Assembly (NCBI GenBank): GCA_019056785.1 | Contig: DXJV01000084.1 | Span: 1,489-65,488, forward strand | DNA: 64,000 bases | DNA from: Candidatus Heimdallarchaeota archaeon | Lineage (GTDB): Archaea > Asgardarchaeota > Heimdallarchaeia > JABLTI01 | Direction: 5' to 3' | In this document: piece after piece, positions 1 to 8,272 of the stretch | How positions within the stretch are numbered: the stretch's first letter is position 1 | How the letters are laid out: each line of letters begins with the position of its first letter | Made by a program: the position numbers and the translations under genes | The notes under the pieces: model-generated | Database searches by the model: none | What the model was told of the DNA's origin: nothing | What the model saw: only the letters and a program-made list of their open reading frames with translations

Positions 1-1
1 G

Positions 2-1375
2 GTTTTCTATGTGTGGTTTGATGCACCAATTGGTTATATCTCCATTTCTATGGAATGGGCAAAACAACAAGGCAACCCAGACCTTTGGAAGAAGTTTTGG
101 AAGGATCCAGAGACATATGTTGTCAATTTCATTGGTAAAGATAACGTTCCTTTCCATGCAATTACTTTCCCGGCAACGTTAGCGGGTGCAGATGATGGAT
201 TCAACCTTGCCAATTATATTAAAGCCTTTCAGTGGCTAAATTATGAAAAGCAAAAGTTTTCCTCGAGTCAAAAAATTGGCATCTTTACCGATACTGCTCT
301 TCAGCTCTATCCTGCTGATTATTGGCGCTATTATATTATGAAAATTGCACCAGAACGGCATGACACGGATTTTCTCTGGACAGAATTTCGCGACAGCATT
401 AACACAGACCTTGCTGATGTTCTTGGTAATTTTGTGCATCGAACATTGACATTTACTAACCGCTATTTTAGTAGTGATGTTCCTCCTGCTAAGAACTTAG
501 ATAAAGAAGATAAAGCGATTCTGGCAAAAATGGAAGAAACTGGGAAGAAAGCAAGTAAAGAATTACAAAAACTGGAATTTCAACGAACACTCTTACTTCT
601 TCTAGACTTTGCTAGAGAATGTAATCGCTATTTTCAACTGAAGAAACCTTGGGAAGACTGGAAGAACAAAAAACACGAACGTGCAGCAACGACATTAAAC
701 ACTTGCTTGCAATGCTGTCGAGGATTAGCAGTACTTTTTGCCCCATTTATTCCGTTCTCCGCGGAGAAAATTTTTACCTATTTAAATCTTAGCGAGAAGC
801 TCGGAAAACAATCCTGGGAAGCTCTTGATAAAAGAATTCCCGAAGGGCATAAAATTTGCAAGAATCCGGAACCAATCTTTCGAAAAATCGAACTTGAGGA
901 AATTGTGGAATTAGCTCTGGAATGGGGTGGGGATTCTGTAAAAGAGGTCTTGAAACAAAACCCTCACTTACAAGACAAACTTGCAAAAAAGAAAGAGCAA
1001 ACTAAAAAAGAAAAAACGACTATCAAAAAGAGTGAAGGAATCATGACAACTGAACAAATCTCATTTAAAGACTTTCAGAAATTAGACTTGAGAGTTGGCA
1101 CTATTGTTGAAGTAGAAGCCATAAAAGGTGCTAACAAGCTACTCAAATTGATTGTAGATATTGGAACAGAGAAACGCCAAATTGTCGCCGGAATTGCCAA
1201 ACGGTACGAAAAAGACGAATTACTTGGGAAGCAAATCGTTATTGTGTGCAACCTGGAACCGGCAACAATTCGGGGGGTACAATCAAATGGCATGTTGCTT
1301 GCTGCCGATGCAGCCCCTGAAATTTCCATTCTTGTTCCCTTGAGAAAAGTACCAAACGGCTCTAAAGTTCGTTAA
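2..1375 (+). CDS. metG: methionyl-tRNA synthetase, C-terminal part (5' end lies outside the window)
   Basis: The frame is open from the window edge (codons from nt 2 read VFYVWFDAPIGY, a class I MetRS motif). It ends in an EMAP/Trbp111-type tRNA-binding OB domain (FQKLDLRVGTIVEVEAIKGANKLLKLIVDIG...NGMLLAA). Confidence 0.9.
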   Translation, partial: VFYVWFDAPIGYISISMEWAKQQGNPDLWKKFWKDPETYVVNFIGKDNVPFHAITFPATLAGADDGFNLANYIKAFQWLNYEKQKFSSSQKIGIFTDTALQLYPADYWRYYIMKIAPERHDTDFLWTEFRDSINTDLADVLGNFVHRTLTFTNRYFSSDVPPAKNLDKEDKAILAKMEETGKKASKELQKLEFQRTLLLLLDFARECNRYFQLKKPWEDWKNKKHERAATTLNTCLQCCRGLAVLFAPFIPFSAEKIFTYLNLSEKLGKQSWEALDKRIPEGHKICKNPEPIFRKIELEEIVELALEWGGDSVKEVLKQNPHLQDKLAKKKEQTKKEKTTIKKSEGIMTTEQISFKDFQKLDLRVGTIVEVEAIKGANKLLKLIVDIGTEKRQIVAGIAKRYEKDELLGKQIVIVCNLEPATIRGVQSNGMLLAADAAPEISILVPLRKVPNGSKVR

Positions 1376-1448
1376 GGTACCTCTCGAGACCCTTTTCCTT
1401 TTTTTTATTTGCAACTCTTGTAATTAAGGAAAGAAAAGAGAAGATGGA

Positions 1449-1709
1449 TTATTTTTGTACTGAAAGAAGAAGTAAAGCTGCGATGATTCCTCGTCGTGGG
1501 GTATCAATTTTAAAGGGGTCTTTTTCTAAAACATCACATAACGCTTTCCAACGCACCACTGTTTCGAGAGTGGGAGGGTATTTGCTTAAACAAAAGATCG
1601 CTGCAACAACTCCCTTATCTCTTTCCTCCCGGAAAGATTTCTGTGATAATAAGTCAAAGAACGTTTTCCATTTAATAGCAGCATCCAATTCAGGGATTCT
1701 CTTCGTCAT
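1449..1709 (-). CDS. small hypothetical protein built from two ~40-aa copies of one module
   Basis: Internal duplication: AAIKWKTFFDLLSQKSF..GVVAAIFCLSK versus TVVRWKALCDVLEKDPF..GIIAALLLLSV. The overlapping + ORF 1444..1725 is S/R-rich and looks like an antisense shadow. No family recognised. Confidence 0.4.
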   Translation of the reverse strand: MTKRIPELDAAIKWKTFFDLLSQKSFREERDKGVVAAIFCLSKYPPTLETVVRWKALCDVLEKDPFKIDTPRRGIIAALLLLSVQK

Positions 1710-1948
1710 TTTTCATCAACAGTAGATTTTTATTTTAATAGCTAATTTACATTTTTTTGCTATTCAAAAAGTCTTTCGGAATTGTTAAAGGAATTATGAT
1801 AAAAGAAATTTTCGCAAAAAAAAGTATTTTTGAACATTATGGATAGAGTTTTTTAGAACAAAGAGTAAAGAAATGTTGTTTATGAAAAGCGAGTACAAAT
1901 AATAACAATTATTAACTGTGAAACAAAAAGGAATTCGAGGAATGACAA

Positions 1949-2407
1949 ATGGAACTCAGCGAAGACGATTTTTGGGCGCGACTGGCTATAGAAGCAAGCG
2001 AAATGAAAAAAGAAGAACCAAATTTCCAACCTGTTAATGGTGACACTAGATTATGGAGAGGGTTTATCATAGGGACAGGGCTTTATTCCGGAGGGGTATT
2101 TCAATTTGAAATCCAAATTCCCAGGTCATTTCCATTTAAACCGCCAAAAGTCAGAGTGCTCACACCTATTTGGCATCCCAATATCTTTAAAGATAGGATT
2201 TGTGTAGGGATCTTGGGGAAAGATTGGACGCCAGCAAGTAATCTGGTCGATGTTGTAGAGTCACTTCGCTTTTTACTTTCAAATCCAAATCCAGATGACC
2301 CATTAAATACCACTGCTGCCAAGGAATTTAAAAATAACAACAAGGAATTTGAGAAGAAAGCAAAATTATATGTCGATAAATATGCTACTTGGGATGCGCT
2401 AGCTTAA
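1949..2407 (+). CDS. ubiquitin-conjugating enzyme E2 (UBC fold), eukaryote-like
   Basis: Full UBC core: FPFKPPKVRVLTPIWHPNIFKDRICVGIL, with the HPN triad at aa 76-78 and the catalytic Cys at aa 85 (tgt at 2201..2203). It is followed by KDWTPA and LLSNPNPDDPLN. Confidence 0.9.
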   Translation: MELSEDDFWARLAIEASEMKKEEPNFQPVNGDTRLWRGFIIGTGLYSGGVFQFEIQIPRSFPFKPPKVRVLTPIWHPNIFKDRICVGILGKDWTPASNLVDVVESLRFLLSNPNPDDPLNTTAAKEFKNNNKEFEKKAKLYVDKYATWDALA

Positions 2408-2675
2408 GCGATACTAAATTCAACTGCTTTTTTCTTCGTTACTCTTTTGCCTCTTTCTAATGCTATTTATAAACTTTCGACAATAAATACATGGAAAAAC
2501 CACTATTGTTGACAAGAGTAAGAGTCAGCTAGTATCTCCTATCCGTAAAAGAGAAGAATAATCGCTTTTAGGGGTACAAACCGCAACAAACAAAGTGGTT
2601 TTTCCCAATCTCGTTTTCTTTTTTCACAGAAAATTTTTGAATTATAAAGAGAAGCAATTCTTTGGTGATAAAAAA

Positions 2676-3872
2676 ATGATACAAGATATAGAGACCCCTT
2701 CTGAAGAGTTCTTTAACATCCATGGCCGGTTACTATATGCCCCTGGACCTACTATGGTTCCACCAAGAGTACTCCAAGCTATGAGCAAACAAATAATTAA
2801 CCCGGATTTAGACCCAGATTTTCCAAACTGGCTACTGGAAACAAGCCGACTGGTAGGAAAGATCATCAAGACTAAAAATGAGGTACTGATTTTACCAGGT
2901 GAAGGGATGCTTGCCTTAGATGCGGCATTAAACAGTGTTATCAAACCTAATGATGAGGTCCTTGTTCTTGCTTCGGGAATTTTTGGCCATGGCTTTGCAG
3001 ATATGGTTAAAAATTGCCGCGGAAAACCCATTGTTGTTGCAACAGATGGTTATGATGAAGTCCTCTCAGTAGAGAAGGTAAAGGAAGCTCTTGACAATCA
3101 CCCAAATATCACAGCAATTACTCTTGTTCATTGTGAAACGCCGAGTGGCACTCTAAACCCATTAAAAGAAATTTGTAAAGTATGCCAAAAAAGTGATGCG
3201 ATAACAATTGTTGATGCAGTAAGTAGCAATGGGGGAACAGACATTCTCACAGACGAGTTTGGCATTGATATTAATCTCGGGGCAAGTCAAAAAGTATTTT
3301 CTGCACCACCAGGTATTGCCTTCATGAGCTTAAGTGAAAGAGCAATTGAGGTCATTAATGAGCGAGAATCGATTCCAACATTCTATTCAGATCTTTCCGT
3401 CTGGACAAAAAGTTGGATCAAAAACCGAAGCTTGCCATTTACCCATTCAATTTCAGACCTTTATGCTTTTCGAGAAAGTGTGGAAATCATCTTAGAAGAA
3501 GGGCTTGAAAATGGCTTCCGACGCCACAAGAGAATTTCAAAGGCAATCATAGCTGCCGGTCAAGCAATGGGGCTTGAACTTTATCCAAAGAAAAATGACT
3601 ATGTCTCTCCGACTGTTACAGCATTTAAAGTACCAACAGGCATAGACTTTGAAAAATTAATGCTCCTCATGTGGAAAAAATATGGCGTTTTAATTGCAGG
3701 AGCATGGGGGCCTGTCTTAGGCGGGAGAGTCCTTCGACTCGGAAACATGGGATTCGGTGCGAATCCACAGTTTGCCCTCATCGCTCTGGCTGCTTTAGAA
3801 AAAAGCTTGAAAGATTTTGGATTCCAAATTAAACTCGGAGCAGCAAATGAAGCTTTTTGGGAAAATTATTGA
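2676..3872 (+). CDS. class V PLP-dependent aminotransferase (serine-pyruvate / alanine-glyoxylate aminotransferase-like)
   Basis: Motifs LILPGEGMLALDAA and HCETPSGT, plus the PLP-lysine context GASQKVFSAPPG. ATG 2676 is preferred over the upstream GTG at 2595. Confidence 0.8.
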   Translation: MIQDIETPSEEFFNIHGRLLYAPGPTMVPPRVLQAMSKQIINPDLDPDFPNWLLETSRLVGKIIKTKNEVLILPGEGMLALDAALNSVIKPNDEVLVLASGIFGHGFADMVKNCRGKPIVVATDGYDEVLSVEKVKEALDNHPNITAITLVHCETPSGTLNPLKEICKVCQKSDAITIVDAVSSNGGTDILTDEFGIDINLGASQKVFSAPPGIAFMSLSERAIEVINERESIPTFYSDLSVWTKSWIKNRSLPFTHSISDLYAFRESVEIILEEGLENGFRRHKRISKAIIAAGQAMGLELYPKKNDYVSPTVTAFKVPTGIDFEKLMLLMWKKYGVLIAGAWGPVLGGRVLRLGNMGFGANPQFALIALAALEKSLKDFGFQIKLGAANEAFWENY

Positions 3873-3962
3873 TTTTCCCTTTTTTTCTTTTTTATAAAAG
3901 AAGAAAAGATTAGAAAAATTTAAGTTAAAGTTCGAATCTTTACTGTAAGAAGGTGTAATATA

Positions 3963-4517
3963 ATGACAAATTTATGGACTGAAATCAAGACAGGTCCAAA
4001 CCCGCCGGAGTTAGTTTATGCAGTTATTGAAACACCCCAAGGGTCAAAGAACAAATTTGAATTTGATAAAGAGATTATGACAATTTATTTGGACAGAGTA
4101 CTATATAGCTCTGTTGTTTTCCCAATTTCATATGGGTTCATTCCACGAACTCTTGGAGACGACCATGATCCTTTAGATATTATGGTACTTATCACAGAAC
4201 CAACATTTCCAGGATGTGTTGTACGGGCACGACCAATTGGTGTCCTTCGAATGAAAGATGAGAAGGGGTTCGATGATAAAATAATTGCAGCTGCAAACGA
4301 TGACCCTCGTTTGGATGAAGCTAAAGATTTAAGTTGGCTACCAAAACATCAATTAATCGAAATTGAAGAGTTTTTCAGAGATTATAAGAAGTTAGAGAAG
4401 GGCAAAAAAACTGAAGTCAAAGGGTGGGAAGATAGGAATTCTGCCTTGAAAATTATTAATCATGCAATAGACTTTTTCAAAGAAAAATATTTTCAAATTA
4501 TAACGAAAACCTTCTAA
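3963..4517 (+). CDS. ppa: inorganic pyrophosphatase, family I
   Basis: IETPQGSKNKFEFDKE, YGFIPRTLGDDHDPLDIMVL and DDKIIA are typical soluble PPase motifs. Confidence 0.9.
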   Translation: MTNLWTEIKTGPNPPELVYAVIETPQGSKNKFEFDKEIMTIYLDRVLYSSVVFPISYGFIPRTLGDDHDPLDIMVLITEPTFPGCVVRARPIGVLRMKDEKGFDDKIIAAANDDPRLDEAKDLSWLPKHQLIEIEEFFRDYKKLEKGKKTEVKGWEDRNSALKIINHAIDFFKEKYFQIITKTF

Positions 4518-4596
4518 GAAAAAAGAGAATGAATATAATAAAAGCTTCAATAAATTTAAGTATTTATTGAAAGCCTTTTGAACAGCGGTGTTTAAA

Positions 4597-5313
4597 ATGA
4601 AAGTGGAATTGTTGAACCACCCGAATGAGAAACTTGCAGAGATTGCTATCCGAATTTGTCGAGGCAAACGAAATGTTGCATTGAATACACCAGTTGACCA
4701 AGCAATCATTAGACGTGTTGTCGATTCGGGTCATGAATCTGTTGCCGAACATGTCAATTTCACTTTCAGAATAACAGGTATTAGCCGTGTCACTTCTCAC
4801 CAACTTGTAAGGCACAGGATTGCCTCTTACTCTCAAGAAAGCCAACGCTATTCAGACCCCTTAGAAAATGGCGAAGAAGATTGGGCGGTGATCCCGGATT
4901 CCATTTTAGAAAATCCAGAAGCCAGAAAAATTACCGCCGATTTCTTAAAAGAAACAATTACCCTCCGAAAGAAATTAGACAAATTGGGAATAAAGCTAGA
5001 AGATTCACGTTATTTTCTTCCAAATGCAACCAAAACAGCGATAATAGTTACAATGAATGCCCGAACACTTTGGAATTTCTTCAACTTTAGGATTTGTAGT
5101 AAAGCTCAATGGGAAATCCGTCGAATGGCAAAGATGATGTATTATCTTGTGAATGATGTTGCCCCAGCATTATTTAATTGGTGGACCCCTCGATGTGAGC
5201 GAGACTGCCCGGAGAAATGTGGAAACCCTGTTTCTCTCGAGTTGGAGGAGGGAACAATCATTACCGGGAAAACAATTGAATATTTACCCAAAGCGAAGAA
5301 AGACAAAGATTAG
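4597..5313 (+). CDS. thyX: flavin-dependent thymidylate synthase ThyX
   Basis: The ThyX signature RHRxxSxxxxSxR is present as VRHRIASYSQESQRYS. The ORF opens at GTG 4588; the ATG at 4597 gives MKVELL. Confidence 0.9.
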   Translation: MKVELLNHPNEKLAEIAIRICRGKRNVALNTPVDQAIIRRVVDSGHESVAEHVNFTFRITGISRVTSHQLVRHRIASYSQESQRYSDPLENGEEDWAVIPDSILENPEARKITADFLKETITLRKKLDKLGIKLEDSRYFLPNATKTAIIVTMNARTLWNFFNFRICSKAQWEIRRMAKMMYYLVNDVAPALFNWWTPRCERDCPEKCGNPVSLELEEGTIITGKTIEYLPKAKKDKD

Positions 5314-6992
5314 CTACTAAAATCCTCTGCATTATAAAGCCATTCTCCATTTAACCAGCGATTGATGGGGAGTGTTAACTTGTGTTTTTGAAAGATCGGT
5401 TTTCCAAGAACGAGTTGAAATGATAACTTTGAGGGATAGAAAGTAGTGAGAAAATCAGCCATTTCAAGGCAGGTGGAAGGGGTAAGGAAGGTTCTGGCAA
5501 GAATTCCTTCGAACGCACCTTTAAAAGTTGCAAGATAAACATTTGGGAGATAAGAAAAGAGACTTACGAGCCGTTGGTCAAAAGTACGATAGTCGCTTTT
5601 TTTCAAGGGTTTTTCTTTCTCAAAATAAACTGTCAATTCACTTGAACTATACGGAAGAAAAGACAGTACATTTTCAAAGAGAATTTTTTCTTCGAATAAA
5701 CGTTTAATGCGCTTAACTAGTTCATTCATGTCTTTATTTACAGCTTTTCGAATAGCACGATAGGTATCAACACCTTGTAAAAATTGATTGATAATTTGTA
5801 GATCTAAAAAGTCTACTTCTTTCAATTTGGAATGGAACACAGCCGAAGGAATAACAATTCTATCAGGAGGAAGTGCATCATAACTTCCATTAGAAGGTTC
5901 ATTTTGATAAAGACCACTCTCTATAATAAAAGTATTAAAGTCGGGTATTTGCCGTCTCTCTTTTGGGTTAAAGTATTTGAATGTATAAATCCGTTTTGAA
6001 TTCTTAATTTCAAAAAGATAATAATCATAAACAATTCTCTGGTTGATAAGTTCCTCACAATAGGCTTTTAAATACTTGAAAAATAACTTGCTTTTTGGCG
6101 CAGCATATAATTGGGTGATAATACTATTTGTAAGACGATTTAGCTTTTGTGAGGTAAGGAAAGGGTTTGATGGGGGTTTAAGATGCTCATGAGCTTTTTT
6201 CGAAGGAAAAAGTAAGGTGATATATTGCGTTAATCCAAGTGCAGACAAATTAACAAAATAGTTATGATGAAGAATCCCCATTGCAACCAATTGCTTGATT
6301 GTTTTTGAGACAGTAGCTAAATGTTTTGTCAAGTATTGAGCAATAATCTTAGGTTTAATTGTTTGCCGGAGAAGAGCTTTTTGCATGATTTCTATGGCGT
6401 TTGAGGTAATTTTCACAGAATTATAATAAATTTCAGTTAAAATAATCTGCATTTCATGGGGATTTATTTCTCGCTTCTTTCTCTTCCGTCTTGATTTATG
6501 GCTTTCTAATTGTTCTTTTGAATAAACGAAATATTGAACTTTATTAAATGCTTGGAAAAGCCCATCAATCCCAGCAGCAGCAATGATTCGTTTGAGTAAT
6601 CGATAAAGCTCCTTATAAGCAATAAAAGATTTCCTTATAAACTGAATCCATTTAGCAGTTGCTTGTGAAGACATTTTTATTGAAAGGGGAAACACATCTG
6701 CCAATAATTTCACCCACCAAGCATCTCTGCTCTGACGCGGGGTAAATAAAAGAAAACTTTCTCGCCAAAAAATCCCTTCTCGAAGCTCATCATCTTTCAA
6801 AAGGTTTAGGTTAATAAAAAGAGTCTCTCCTGAAAATTTACTCCAATCTTTTTCAGTTTTTGGTGGGACCTTAAGGCCGGGCTCAACTCTTTTTGGAAAA
6901 TATAGTGGTTCATATAAAAATGATTTAAGATAATTAACTTTTTGAAGGAGTTCATTTTCCAACAAGGTCAAAGATTGTATTGATTCTGCCAT
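5310..6992 (-). CDS. large hypothetical protein (560 aa) with two Lrp/TrmB-like winged-helix segments
   Basis: A long clean ORF. HTH-like stretches are IKPKIIAQYLTKHLATVSKTIKQLVAMGILHHNYFVNLSALGL and FLDLQIINQFLQGVDTYRAIRKAVNKDMNELVKRIKRLFEEKIL. There is also a KSRRKRKKRE basic patch. No family recognised. Confidence 0.5.
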   Translation of the reverse strand: MAESIQSLTLLENELLQKVNYLKSFLYEPLYFPKRVEPGLKVPPKTEKDWSKFSGETLFINLNLLKDDELREGIFWRESFLLFTPRQSRDAWWVKLLADVFPLSIKMSSQATAKWIQFIRKSFIAYKELYRLLKRIIAAAGIDGLFQAFNKVQYFVYSKEQLESHKSRRKRKKREINPHEMQIILTEIYYNSVKITSNAIEIMQKALLRQTIKPKIIAQYLTKHLATVSKTIKQLVAMGILHHNYFVNLSALGLTQYITLLFPSKKAHEHLKPPSNPFLTSQKLNRLTNSIITQLYAAPKSKLFFKYLKAYCEELINQRIVYDYYLFEIKNSKRIYTFKYFNPKERRQIPDFNTFIIESGLYQNEPSNGSYDALPPDRIVIPSAVFHSKLKEVDFLDLQIINQFLQGVDTYRAIRKAVNKDMNELVKRIKRLFEEKILFENVLSFLPYSSSELTVYFEKEKPLKKSDYRTFDQRLVSLFSYLPNVYLATFKGAFEGILARTFLTPSTCLEMADFLTTFYPSKLSFQLVLGKPIFQKHKLTLPINRWLNGEWLYNAEDFSS

Positions 6993-7297
6993 TTTTCTTC
7001 ACATGAAGGCGTTTTCCGAAAAAAAACGGAATAACAAAATTTATTAAAATCTTCAAAAAAACTACCGAAAAGTTATTTTAAAACTTTCTCTAAAAAATGG
7101 GCAGGAAATTTCAAGGAACGAAAATGCCTAAAAATGAAAAAGAAGAAAGCAAAAAACGTTTTTTTGGTAACTGATAAGCAATGAAAAGGAATTTATTTAA
7201 AAAAAAGTAAAAATAATTTAATTTTTCCCATAACGCTTATCTAATCAACCGTCGAATCTCTTGGGAAAATGGACTCTTAAGAAATTACGGGGACTAC

Positions 7298-7327
7298 CTT
7301 GACTGATCCGTTTTTGGATCAGTCAAG
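7298..7327. repeat. perfect 12-bp inverted repeat with a 6-nt spacer (CTTGACTGATCC gttttt GGATCAGTCAAG)
   Basis: Read directly from the sequence. It sits in a 447-bp AT-rich divergent intergenic region and is followed on the + strand by ctaattttct. Confidence 0.8.
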
Positions 7328-7439
7328 CTAATTTTCTAAAAAAGTTTACAAAATCAAATTTTTACCTTAGCAATACTTTAATTTATATATAAAAAGCTTT
7401 TATTCGTGGGACCAATTACCATTACATAGTGATTTAACA

Positions 7440-7604
7440 ATGCCCTGTATATTGTGTAATAAAGAAATTGGCAATGCAGAAGAGACCTTAGAGGTCTACA
7501 CAACAGACAATCAAAAACTCACAGTTCATAAAGAATGCTACGAGGAATATGTTAAGAGCATGTCAATGTGCGGAAGTTGCAGTGGTTGTTCTGGTTGTGG
7601 CTAA
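7440..7604 (+). CDS. 54-aa Cys-rich micro-protein (below the ORF-track cutoff)
   Basis: ATG..TAA translates to MPCILCNKEIGNAEETLEVYTTDNQKLTVHKECYEEYVKSMSMCGSCSGCSGCG. It has CxxC and HxxC pairs plus a C-terminal CGSCSGCSGCG run, and is followed by a hairpin and T-tract. Confidence 0.5.
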   Translation: MPCILCNKEIGNAEETLEVYTTDNQKLTVHKECYEEYVKSMSMCGSCSGCSGCG

Positions 7605-7619
7605 GACTCCTTTTTACAG

Positions 7620-7670
7620 CTCAAACACTGCATCATGTTTGAGTTTTAATAACCTTTTTATTTTTACTTT
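7620..7670 (+). terminator. 8-bp hairpin (CTCAAACA ctgcatca TGTTTGAG) followed by T-rich tracts
   Basis: The stem is perfect. Downstream sequence is ttttaataacctttttattttt, consistent with archaeal oligo-T termination after the micro-ORF. Confidence 0.4.
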
Positions 7671-7797
7671 CAACTTTTCTTTTTAAAGTTCGGGAATAAA
7701 ATAGTCAGATGGTAAAAGTAATAAAGTGATATCACTTTGTAAAGACCGTGCACATCACATAGAAACACCAGAGGTAAGCAAAATAGAGGAATGAAAA

Positions 7798-8181
7798 TTG
7801 AGTCAATCCATTGATGCCCTTTTTGAAAAAGAATGTAGCGTTTTACATGCATTGAATCCCGGCGTCGAATCTGTTATTGTTATCGAACCTTCAGGTCTCC
7901 TTGTTTTGAAATGGACTTCCACAGAGGTAGATTCAGAGTTTACAAGTTCCTATGTCCGGGAATTCTTTTCCTTAGTTAAAATGACCACTAATCACTATCA
8001 AATTGGTGACCCTGTTGGTGTTATGTTAGAAGGCACTCAAGGCTTTTTCTTAGTCTTTAAAACAAAGTCCAACAATTCCATCGTCATCCTAATTAAGGAA
8101 GAAACAACTCGTTCCACGCTTCGTTATCGTTTGATGAAAGATTTCGCTGGGAGAGTTGAAAACATCCTCGAAAGCTTTTAA
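7798..8181 (+). CDS. Roadblock/LC7 (MglB-like) domain protein
   Basis: 127 aa with the Roadblock pattern: GVESVIVIEPSGLLVLKW, DSEFTSSYVREFFSL, and IGDPVGVMLEGTQGFFLVFKT..SIVILIKEE. Only a TTG start is available in frame. Confidence 0.55.
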   Translation: MSQSIDALFEKECSVLHALNPGVESVIVIEPSGLLVLKWTSTEVDSEFTSSYVREFFSLVKMTTNHYQIGDPVGVMLEGTQGFFLVFKTKSNNSIVILIKEETTRSTLRYRLMKDFAGRVENILESF

Positions 8182-8272
8182 TCAATTCTTTTCATTCTTT
8201 CTTAAGTGGATGAAAATAGTTATTTATTAAACAAAGGGTATTATGCCCTATCTGCACCCAAAGGTTAGAGCC

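Noticed and set aside
6993-7439. The long AT-rich spacer as a replication origin
   Set aside because: There is no adjacent orc1/cdc6 gene and no repeated ORB-like elements. I found only one palindrome and loose CGAAAA recurrences.
7798-8181. Asgard profilin as an alternative identity for the 127-aa protein
   Set aside because: The size fits, but the sequence pattern (GV.SVIVIE.SG, G..GVMLEG..GFFLVF, IVILIKEE) reads more like Roadblock/LC7. This stays open until a structure comparison is done.
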